Below are positions 1-11,200 of a DNA stretch of 64,000 nt, piece by piece. Where the stretch lies: positions 3,410,001 to 3,474,000 of the forward strand of contig CAKKNE010000003.1 of assembly GCA_918797485.1 (NCBI GenBank), written 5' to 3'. A program made the position numbers and the translations under genes. The notes under the pieces are model-generated. The model saw only the letters and a list, made by a program, of their open reading frames with translations. It was not told the origin of the DNA and did not search any database. The stretch is from Pelagomonas calceolata (Eukaryota). Numbering within the stretch: the first letter of the stretch is position 1; every line of letters begins with the position of its first letter.

Positions 1-1362
1 ATCGAAAGCACCATCCCAAGATATGCGTGCACGATCGAGGACCGAGCATGATCTTGCAACGAGGGATACGGTAGGCGGAAGCGGTGATAATAGAACGAGA
101 GCGGCTTTTCCGATGTGCGCTAGAAGTCTGCACGGCACTGAAGCAGATGGTACACGTAGAAGCCGAACAGTTCTACAAGTCCCTGGGAGTGTGCAATAGG
201 AAACACCACTTTCAAAGCCAACGGCACAAAGGTCTAGCGCTGGGGCAAATGTAGTGAATGTAGTCAGGTATGTGTCTGTTTGGCATGAGTAAATTTGGAT
301 TTGGTAAGCAGGAGGTTCCTGTTGCTTGATACCCAGAGCGCATGACCAAGATAGTTTGAGACATGGTGGCTGCGACACGCGATTACTGGCCATGCCACGG
401 ATTATTGGAGGATTTGGCAAAGTTGCTACTTCAAGGACATTTGACGTGTCCCAGTAAAAATGACTGGCGCCAAGCGCACGAAGGTCGATGCTACAGTGCA
501 TCCTTATACCGCACCTTGTATCTGCCGGAATTCCAAGCACTGCAACAGTATCACCAATGGGTAGAGTTTGCTCACTGGCCCGTCGTTGTAATCTTTGAAA
601 TGATGCCACTCCCTCACAACGTCCTTCTACATACTTTCGAGACTTGAGCTTTAGTGATGCAAGCACACTGCATGCATCCGTCTCATTGGGAAGGCTGAGA
701 GTCACTTCATTGCTTCCCGCTATGCACGAAAGCAGAGTTGGTGGTTCTAAACCAGTAAACCAACGCACAGGTGACGATTTGGCTGATTTGACAGTCTCAT
801 TTCCAGAGAGACCTTCGCCTGCACCAAAGGATTCTGTCTGAAGTGTGATCAGGTATTCTGTGTTCATCAAGAATTGTGGGAATGCCGCCAGGAGTGCCCG
901 TGTGCCGTTTTCACTTGTGAAATTGCACCACTTCAGAGTGGTCCTGCTTTCCGGCTCAGTTTCTACGTTGCCAGTTCGCGATATACGTTGCCAGCTCGCG
1001 ATATACCGGATGTCTGATTGCTGATCTGGTGCTGTCACATCAGTTGAGACACTTGGGAAAGCTTCGCAATCCCACAGTATGCAAACATTTCGACCCATGC
1101 CCAGAACCGATGGAGCTGGCGGTGGCGTTAATATTATAATTGATGTTTTGGCATAAGGTACTTGCCCCAACTTATCGGCCAATCGAAACATATACTGAGC
1201 GCCTCGCACGGGTAAGCATACCTCCCAGCCTTCTTTCAAGGAGTGCACATTCTCCCATTGCGCCTCGCCGGGCAGCCGCGTCTGCAGCATGGGCTCCTCC
1301 GGAGTATCTTGAGCCTGAAAAAACACGGTGCCGGCCGCTAATCGTTCCACAATCAATCGCAT
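1..1362 (-). CDS. Partial gene running off the left edge; probable fibronectin type III-like repeat protein
   Basis: Manual translation gives an open minus frame from ATG 1362 to position 1 (454 codons). It is absent from the ORF track because there is no stop in the window. Segments such as TPPPAPSVLGMGRNVCILWD..IRYIASWQ, LPNPPIIRG..LKLSWS..YQIQI and PLPPTVSL..ARISWDG resemble FN3 beta-strands. Confidence 0.5.
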   Translation of the reverse strand, partial: MRLIVERLAAGTVFFQAQDTPEEPMLQTRLPGEAQWENVHSLKEGWEVCLPVRGAQYMFRLADKLGQVPYAKTSIIILTPPPAPSVLGMGRNVCILWDCEAFPSVSTDVTAPDQQSDIRYIASWQRISRTGNVETEPESRTTLKWCNFTSENGTRALLAAFPQFLMNTEYLITLQTESFGAGEGLSGNETVKSAKSSPVRWFTGLEPPTLLSCIAGSNEVTLSLPNETDACSVLASLKLKSRKYVEGRCEGVASFQRLQRRASEQTLPIGDTVAVLGIPADTRCGIRMHCSIDLRALGASHFYWDTSNVLEVATLPNPPIIRGMASNRVSQPPCLKLSWSCALGIKQQEPPAYQIQIYSCQTDTYLTTFTTFAPALDLCAVGFESGVSYCTLPGTCRTVRLLRVPSASVPCRLLAHIGKAALVLLSPLPPTVSLVARSCSVLDRARISWDGAFD

Positions 1363-1521
1363 GATTGAACAGGCGCTGTGGATACGATACACGCGCGGTC
1401 ATATCCGTCGCAAGTTGTACTATGTCCAGCGAAGGGTCCAACTAATGCAACTTATCCCCGCCACTGGTGTGTATAAGTGCCAGTGTATATAGGAAGCCTC
1501 AGTTAAAGGGTATAGGATACC

Positions 1522-1544
1522 GGGGGGGGGGGGGGGGGGGGGGG
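1522..1544. repeat. Poly-G run (23 nt)
   Basis: Read directly. Similar runs occur at 18599-18612 (G14) and 19014-19028 (C15). Confidence 0.9.
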
Positions 1545-1606
1545 TAATTTCCGAGTCATCCTTTCAAAGTTCCGAGTCAAGTCAACTTGCCAGTGAAATT
1601 GAATCG

Positions 1607-1647
1607 CACCGTCACCGTCACCGTCACCGTCACCGTCACCGTCACCG
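1607..1647. repeat. (CACCGT)n hexamer microsatellite, 6 full copies plus a partial copy
   Basis: Read directly; lies in the divergent intergenic region between the FN3-like gene and dynein. Confidence 0.9.
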
Positions 1648-2249
1648 GCGTCCGAGTCACGGTGTCAGTGACTCTCGGCGGGCCCAATCGCACCATTGGC
1701 CGTCACCGTGACCGGCGGGCCCCGGGCCCGGCCCGGGGTCCTTGAACTTGAAGTTTTTATGAGCCTGATCATGATAGAAACATTGGAGGTAGAGACTAGT
1801 CGCCCATTCTAATCCTTCGAGCACGTCACGGTCTTATATATGCGTGATTCAAGTTCAAGTTGGATCATGATGTATGAAGTTTCAAGTTCAAGTTCAGACT
1901 GCAGTCACGGTGGCCGCTGCGGGCCCGATCCCACTGCAGGATGTGGCGGCCGCGGTGCGCTCGAAACCTCGGGTGCCCGGGGCCCGAATAGTCACGGTCT
2001 CCCGGGACTTGTAGCCTGCACTGGCAACCCCCGCAGCGGCCCATCCCTATGCTTGGTTTTGGAGGGTTAATAGCCAGTTTCTTGGGAGGAAGTGAATCCC
2101 CGAGCGCCAACTATAGCTATTGATATAAATGATTATGCCCGTGTACTCATCAGGAAGCCGCCGGCCTGGTCGGTTTTACAACTACAACTACCCCACATTT
2201 AATCTATCTTACTAACCGGCAGCATTCCCGCGGTAGCATTTGAACTGCG

Positions 2250-5200
2250 ATGACAGACAATCGTCACGCGTACTTCATCCGCTGCATATCCGCAATCTCA
2301 GGAATAGGTCCTAATCCCGTATTTGACAGCCTTGATCCACTTGCAGCTTTTTTGGATGATCCCTCATGTACTGTACTTCGAGCCTGGGTGCGCGAAAATG
2401 GAACGGTCCTTTTGTCGACGCTCTTAACAACAGAGGAAGCAGTAGCATCAACGACGGCTTATCTACAAAACGTTTTATATTGTTCAGTGAATTTTTAATA
2501 AACAAAGATCCCGAATGAGAAAGCATGCCTAGGTTGCATTCGTTAAGCGTCTAGCTGTGTCTCTAAACGCGAACAACTTGACTTCAGCCGTATTGCCGTG
2601 CGTGTCGGTGTTTGAGTAGCTAAAAAACCATTTTTAAATTTCAAAGCCTCGTTTCAGACTCTCACTTGGACGTTTTGGAGCAGCAGTCTCACTGCATGAG
2701 GTACTAAAAGAACTGTATTGCCCGATTCTCTTGTGCGCCGAGGACCCGGAATGCATTCCTCAAAGCGCAAAAGGTCTACTTTTTAGACTTGAGCACTCTT
2801 TGGGCTCCTTCACTGGCCTTCAGAATGACAACCCAGAGGCGCCGAACTGTGTGTGAATATCGTTTTTAGAAAAAACGTCAACATTCTACTAACTAGATGT
2901 CTCCCTCCCTTGAGTCCTTTGTCAACATCAAGTCGGTGATTGACGAAATTGACCTTTGGAACAATACGCGATCATCAATGGGCTTCGATGGTGATCTTAT
3001 TCATAGCGTTGCTAGTGCGCTTGAGCCATTGCGGAAGTGGTTCGACACTTTGGAAATGCCCCCGTGGTCGCAAGCAGGTGAGTTTATAGACCAGGTTATG
3101 GACAGCCTAGATCGCATCTGGAAAGCGGAGGGTCGTGGATCACAAGTGTAATGCCCCAGTCCCTAATCATGAGTTTACCATATGCACCAACAGGTACCCC
3201 GAAAGCCGCATGCGCCATCTCCTGGATATCATGAGCAGTACCGTGGGTCAAAGTGTGCAGCGTGAGCTTAGGGCCATCGGCATCTGGGAAGAAGGATTTG
3301 CAAAGGTCCGGCCAGAACTAATTTCAGGTCTTCGTCTGTGCGAGAGCTGGTGCAAGGCATGCGAAGAGTTGATATTCCTCTGGAAGGACAATACCGAAGG
3401 GCGCTCTTGGGTTGGCTTTGACTATAAAGATGAATTTGTGTTGCTATTAGGACACCGGCTACAAGAAATACTCACACTCCGTCAAACGCGCGAAGAGTTA
3501 AGTCGTCTACTTAGTGGAGATTTTGACACGGAGAATGATCAGAAGCAGATGCAAAATGCTCGCAGTGCAACTTTGGTAGGCTCGCTGGGCAAGTATTTTG
3601 CTGGGATAGACCCTCTGCTGTGCAGTCACCACACCGACTCTGCCTGGTCTTCATTTCAGAGCGACGATGCAGTCAAAGAACTTTTGAAGTTCAAGTATGA
3701 TGTACTTAGGCATAGAGCTGTGGAGAAATATGAAAAATCGCTAGCTCCATTGGATTTCCAGATTGCAGCTAATTTTAGGCAGATGATCTCGCCATTGCAT
3801 GAGACCCCACTCCCTCTCCTGCACGAACTTCGGCAATTTAAACATTTGCTTTCGAGATGCAACATTCGCAGAGCACTTGTCAGTGAACGGGAAGCCCTGC
3901 TTCACCAGCTGGTCGATATGATCGAAAATATGGGAGAAAACTTTCATGTATTAATTCATGACGCAATTTGGCTGTGCGTTTTACATGTCCAGATCTAATG
4001 TTGTTACATTAGGCGACCAGTGGGCTGGAAAAATATTCTTGCCTATTGGGCAAGCATGTCAGTGGGATTTTACGTGCCAGGCAAATTTCCTTCCACATTC
4101 AAGATCTTTCTGAGGGGAATGCGCAACTCTTTGGAGACCTTGAGCACGCCAAAGTGCTACTGAGTCTAGGTAGCGAGTTGCAATCTAGATGTCGGAAGAC
4201 AGAGCATGAGCTCTTGGGCGAATGGATTGCAGAGGTCAAGAATGAATTGACAAGTAGCGAGGCTGGCATGTGCACGAAGGGCAAGCTGATGGAAATTTCT
4301 CAGGAGGGCTTACTTATTGTCAACTACTCTTCACGTCTCGTCCAACTACTCCGAGAAGTCAGGCAGTTGACTGAACTAGGTGTGACTGTCCCAGATAGCA
4401 TTAAACAAGCCGCCAAAGATGGTGAGCAATACTATCGATTTGGAGTCGTGCTAAAAAAAGTGGCTTCTTTTTTCAATAGTATGGATACACAGATACTTAA
4501 GACTCAACGCCCAATGCTGTTGAATGCCCTCATGGCATTTGAGGAAATTGTCGAGAAACGCAACACTCATGGAGGGGTCATCGAGTGGAGGACACCAACA
4601 GAGTATGAACGCTACGTTGAGCGGCTCCAGCAAGCAGCAACTAAGCTCGCACATGAAAACCGCCAGCTTCGGCACATTCATCATGAGCTTTCTACCAGTG
4701 TGGTGCTGCTCATGGACATTGACATGCTTAAGCACCGGAGCAAATGGAAGCAGCATTGGCTAGAGATTGTGGGCAGGATAAATGTTCTTTCAGACCGATA
4801 CCCTCAGGATCGAATGCGCAAGTGGGTGATACACTGGGACCATCAGGTCTACAAAGTGCTGGAGGCTGCATATTGTACTGGCTTGGAAACCCTCAATGAA
4901 TCCCTTCAGCTCCCAGAGAGTTTAAAAGTTGAGCTTGGCTTCTTCTCTAGTTCAGAGCAGATGCCCCTTCAACTTAAGCCTAGTGTTGAGGAGATCCGCT
5001 CAATCTATTACCATGAGCTAAAGAAGTTTGTATCAGCTCCCAGTGCATTTAAAGGGCTTAATGGTAGCAACGAAGTCCCTATACGGTGCCTTGATATCGA
5101 ATTCCTGCCCCCAGATTACAAAATAAAAAAATAGGTTTACACCAAAATGGCAGGATCGAATACTCAATCACTAGTTCGCGTCTACATCAAGGCGGAGTTG

Positions 5201-8200
5201 TTGTTTGTTGAACTTTGTAATCTGCTGGAGCAATATGAGTCTTGGAGTAGTCTATGTGCCACGGCGGACCTCGATGCTGTGGTTGAGCTATGTTGCAGCT
5301 CACCAACTTTGTTCGAAACAAACTTCAGAGCGCTCCGGGACAAGCGCCGAGCAGCAGAGAGACTACCTGACTTCATAAAGGTTGATTGTATATGTGTGAG
5401 CCTGGGACCTCTGAAACTAAGTCTTGAAGACAATTTTCAACGTGCCTACGAGACCCTGCTGCTGGTCCTTAAGAGAACCATGACCAATGATATAAACGAG
5501 GTAACACATTTGATTACTGATTTCGCTCCATTGTATATTACCAATAGGTCAAAGCATACCTAACAGAGTCCACAGAAATGCTTTCCTCACGACCCCAGTC
5601 TGTTGAAGACATCACCATCGCTCAAAAGAACTGGCGAGAGATTGATGGTCGTCGAGATAACATGCAAGCAAAGAGCAAGGGGCTCTTGGACCTTGGATCA
5701 ATTCTCGGTCTGCATGCAACTGGGACTCACACTGACACTGCCAGCCTTTCTGGTAAAGCAAGCAGTCTTTCAGCTCGCTGGACCGCATTCACTGATCAAA
5801 TGGAAGCCTTCAATGAGATGATTGAGATCCAAAAGGGCACACTCAAAGCTCGACTTGAGGAAAACGTGATCGAACAAAATCAAGCCATAGATAAATTCGC
5901 GGAGCGGTGGCGGGCACTTAAACCTTCAGGTCTTGAACTTTGGGATCTTGATAATGTCCGTAAAACCTTTGATGACCTCAACGAGCCAACTTGCCGCGTC
6001 CTCAAGAGACAGATTGATTACTTTTGATAACTTTTTGTTTGGTACTAGGTGGAAAGCCCAATTGCAAGATTTCAAAGATCGAGCTGATGAGCTAGTAGAG
6101 CATTTTGTCAGCTTCAATATGCCGGTGCCGCCACGATTTGATGGGCTTTCGGTGATTGAATTAGAGATCACAATGTCATCAACTTCTTGGTCCCTGCTAA
6201 GGGATTACCTCAGTGAACTTGATTTGCTTGAAAAACAGGACTGGATCAGTTTCCGGGGCAATATGCATCTGCTACATGACTTGGCAATGAGTTGGAGCGA
6301 CAAGGTCAAAGAGAGAATTGTTGCTGGGCAGGCGGATGCTGTCATGTTGCACCTCTCATCACAATTAGAACGCATTAAGGCTGCAGCAACCACTCTAAAG
6401 TACTGTCACGGGAAAGATTTTAAGGATGAGCACTGGAGTGCCTTGCTTCAGGGTAAGCTTGGTCTCGGGAAGGAAATTAGGCTGGAGTCACTGACCGTTG
6501 GCCACTTTGTGGCTGCCTTGGACAAAGTTTTAGAACCAGCTCTTCTTGTATTTGTCAAGGAGCTTCAGGCTCAAGCACAAGGTGAAGTCCTGGTCCGTGA
6601 CGCACTCCAAGAGCTCTCCGTGTGGTCGCAGACCGCTGAATTAAGTCTTGTGGAGTACAAGGAGCAGGGCAGGAAGACTATGCTCGTCAAAGACTGGGGA
6701 AGAATGTTCTTGGATTTGGGCGACAAGCAATCTCTACTCTCTTCTCTGAAAGAGTCCCAATTCTATCGTGCTTTTGAAAGCATCGGTAAGTGGAGCAACA
6801 TAGCATATGCCATACCCCACACTATTGCTAATTCAGGCGCAAGTTACGAGACTAAAATGTCCAATCTTGACTTCGTTCTCCATGCGCTTAACACGGTACA
6901 GAGGAAATGGGTTTACCTTGAGCCTATATTTGCCCGAGGAGGCCTTCCAAATGAGAGTAAGCGTTTTCGGGGCGTGGATGAGGACTTCCGAGAGATAATG
7001 TGCCTTGTAGAAGTAGATCAAAAATTGTTTTCAACTGCGTTTCTTGAATGGGCTTTGTGGTTTCATGCGTCCATCATTCGTGCCTCTCAGGTTCAATCTG
7101 GTTGACCCACACGTGCATCATGACATCAAAAGAACCTTGCAGACAATGCTGGAACAGCTTGAATGGTGTCAAAAGGCACTGTGCAATTTCTTGGAAGAAA
7201 AAAGGGCTAAATTCCCACGATTTTACTTTATCGGGGATGATGATCTCCTGGAGATTCTGGGACAGGCCCAGAATCCGGCAGTGATTCAAGCGCATTTAAA
7301 AAAACTGTTCCAGGGTACAACTACAGTACGGTTCAATAAAACAATGACAAAAATCCAGAGCATGGTCTCGGCAGCCGGTGAGGTAGTTGACCTGGATCAT
7401 GCTGTGGCAACCTCTGACCGGGTCGAGGACTGGCTCTCGGCCTTTGCCGACGAGATGAAATCCACTCTTGCTTCGCTACTGGCTTCCTACTTACTATCAT
7501 TGACGAAGACAGGCGAAGTAAACTTTGAAATGTACCCTTCGCAAGTCATGTGCATCGGAGAATTGGTGCAGTTTACCGACAGTGTTGAGTCATCTATTGG
7601 GAACGGTTTCACTGATTTGCTTATCAAGGTCAAGTCTCAACTTGCAGCTCTTACAAATCAGGACTTATCGGCAATGCCAGTGGTGCAGATTAAAGTCAAA
7701 GCCCTTGTTATGGATCTAGTACATAACTTGGGTATTTTAGAACATCTGGATTCCGCCAGATGCTGTCACGTGCACGACTGGGCTTGGCGCAAGCAGCTGC
7801 GATATTACGTGAGAAATATGAAATATATTGCAGCAAATGTCTGTATGTCAGATGGCGCCTTTTTGTACACCTATGAATATCAAGGAAATGCAGCGAAACT
7901 TGTTCACACACCATTGACAGATAGATGCTACCTAACATTAGTACAGGGAATGCACATGGGTTTTGGCGGCAACCCGTACGGTCCAGCTGGCACCGGAAAG
8001 ACCGAATCTGTTAAGGCTCTTGGTAATGCCTTTGGTAGGCAGGTCTTGGTGTTCAATTGTTTCGATGAGTCACACCAACTTCTGACAAATAGAGGCTTTA
8101 TGTTTCTCAATGAGATTGAGGCACTTCATAGCTCGGGCTTGCTCTTTGCAACCTACGAATGGTCATCCAAGAAGCTGCTATATGCGGGTTTGACCCACCT

Positions 8201-11200
8201 CGTAAAGACAAGGGACACAAATAGGGAGATGGTTGAGTTCATATGTCCCAACGAGGCCAGTAGCTCCTCTGGCGAGGAATGGTGGGGAAATGGCATATCT
8301 CTTGTGGTTACCCCGGATCACAACATGGTAGTGCAAGATAGTTTGCTGGAGAGGGAGACTCTTCGTGCAGAGCCCTTTGCTTCAAGAATGCAGCAGCCAG
8401 AATGGTACATGAAGAAAAGTGCTGTTGAATTGTCCAGAAGTCACACTCGCCTTCAATTTCTGACTTGCGCGCGGGAGGGCATCGATGTGCCAAAGAACTC
8501 ATCATTGGCACAGTATATTGATGCAAAACTTAAGTCACTTCGCATCGACCCTAGAAAGGAAAACCGGGTGGTGGCATTCCTGGAGTTCTATGGCTTCTGG
8601 CACGATAATAGTTTCGTCATTTTCCGTGAGAACAAAAAGGCATGTGCTCTCTGTAGCTACGCATGTAAGCAGACCGAAATGGAATTCCTAAAAAAACGGT
8701 TAACGCTTCTGGGGGTAGCATTTCATATCATTGTGATTGGCAGAGGATGGCACATATATATTGATGACTTGCACTATTTGTCCTGCTTTGTCGTCAAGCT
8801 TGGGCGATGTTGCCAGCAAAACCAAATTGTTGGGCACTGTCAAGTGACCGACTCGGGCGAACTTTCCCAGGTCGAGCAAAATAAGACATTAAGAACTTTT
8901 AGCAAATACACTGATATGAAAGCCTGCGCATGCAGAACCTCTGATGGAGATGACGCGCGATGTATTGGTGTATATTTTAGCCTTTTTGTTGGTGATGTCC
9001 ACTGCAGTCAAGTGCGTCTGATATTCTCCCGATGCCAACTGCCAAGCGACCTGGAAGGCCAGATGTTGGGCCTGGTAGGACAGTCACTACAAGATCTAAT
9101 GCCTAAATACATTTCAATGCCTTTGGTATGCTACCCTTTTGCTATTCGAACTCGGGGGTGGAATAACTTCTCTAGGATGGCCTCATTTTTATCAAACGAG
9201 GATGCGGAGCCGTCACAACGGCTATTAATCAATGTGAACAATACCCAGACCTGTGCTTATAACAGAGAAAGATTTGTAGAAAAAACAACCAATAAGCCTG
9301 GCGAAATTCGCCCTGGACTGTTGTTAAGGCAGCTGCCCTGCTGGGTCTTTCACCTCACAAGATCAAAAGCAAGAGCAGTCCTGACCGGCATCTGCGTCGC
9401 CTACGGCCATCATTGTGGGACTCAAAGTAGTATCCAAGTCGTCGGAGATAGGATTCGTGATCAACTCGTGTGTCTTGCCTTGCATGCCGGGTGGTCAACG
9501 CATTTCACTTATGATGGCTGCAACAGCCGTGAGTCCCACCCACCAAGTTCAGATACCTGGTGTGTCGTTTATCTCACAGATATGTGTTGTTTGGATGCAA
9601 CAATTCACACCAGAAGTAGTGAACACTCACTTACAACAATTGATCACGCACGCAGGAACGGATTGGCAATTCCATCAAAGGTACGAACCATCAAATATAC
9701 AGGGCAAACGTGGTGTGTTAATGTTCCAAAATATCATTTTGTAGTTGTGCGTCGAGCACGAAGAGATGCCCAAGGACGAGTAGTTCTGGCCTCAGTGCCA
9801 ACGATTCAAGGAAACTGCGATGAAGGCATCGACTTTCATAGCATGGGGCGCATCTTCATAGGCTTGGTGAAATGTGGTGCCTGGGGATGCTTTGATGAAT
9901 TCAACCGGCTGAAGGAAGACCAACTCAGCGCAATTTCACAGCAGATCCAAGTAATCCAGGACGCGATTAAGGCACGCGCGCCCGTCTTGAGTCTGGTGGG
10001 CAGAGAAATAAATGTCGATTTCAATGCTGGCATATTTGTGACTTTGAATCCTGCCGGTAAGGACTATGGGGGACGATCCCAGATTCCTGATAACCTTAAG
10101 GCCCTTTTTCGTCCCGTTGCCATGGGTCGACCGGACAATGAATTGATCGCCGAAGTTTATTTACAGACAGAGGGATTCACTCAGGCACGTGGCCTTTCAA
10201 AAAAAATAGTGTCCCTATTTATGCTAAGCAAGCAATTATTGAGCCGGCAGCGCCATTATGACTGGGGCCTGAGAGCATTAAAAGCTGTTTTGAATACTGG
10301 AGGCAAACTTCTGGTACAAGCACGAGGAGAAGCGCAGGTGAGTGTCGGGATGGAAGCAGAGCTGCTCATCAAAGCAGTGCGCATAAATACACTTTCGAAG
10401 CTTACATTCAGCGACACATCTTGCTTTCTAGCATTGATTGGGGACATATTTCCTGGTGCGGAATCAAGCGATGTGGCTGGTGGGGAGTTGGAAGTAGCAA
10501 TCCGGAAGGTTATGCAGAGCAAGCCTTTTTCCTTGACTCTAGACGAAACACAGATTTGCAAGATGCTGCAGCTCAAGGAGGCCCTGGACCAGCGAATGGG
10601 TTGTGTTGTGGTTGGTCCTTCTGGATGCGGCAAGTCAACAGTCTGGCGTGTCCTCAAGGCGGCCTTGATTGAAGGTGGTCAGGCTGTTCAAGTACATGTG
10701 ATGAATCCCAAAAGTATGCCAAGACAGCAACTTCTTGGCGAGATGGACATGGACACCCGTGAGTGGACTGATGGCGTACTGACAGACGCAGCGCGCAATG
10801 TAGTCAAGGCACCAGCTGAGGTGCGTTCCTGGATTGTCTGCGACGGAGATGTTGACCCAGAATGGATCGAGTCTCTAAACTCGGTTCTCGATGACAACCA
10901 CTTGCTGACACTGCCCAGTGGCGAAAGAATTTCCTTCGGTGGCAATGTAAATTTCCTCTTCGAGACACATGACCTTCGTTTTGCGTCTCCTGCAACAATA
11001 AGTAGGATGGGAATGATATTCCTCGCCGATGAAGACACCAATAAAAAACGACTCGTTTCAAAGTGGCTGTTGAGTCAAGATAATGCCAACCGTAGTCATC
11101 TTGCAGGTTGGCTTGAAGACATCTTTTACAAAGCGCTGGACTATCTTGTACGCATGCGCTCTTTTGTTGTAGAAACAACACTTGTAGGCACGATTTTGAA

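Noticed and set aside
1607..1647. Telomeric repeat
   Set aside because: Short, internal, and not a TTAGGG/TTTAGGG-type unit.
8058..9815. Dynein insert as a spliceosomal or self-splicing intron
   Set aside because: There is no AG at the 3' junction, and the insert has 586 stop-free in-frame codons with intein residues exactly at both ends.
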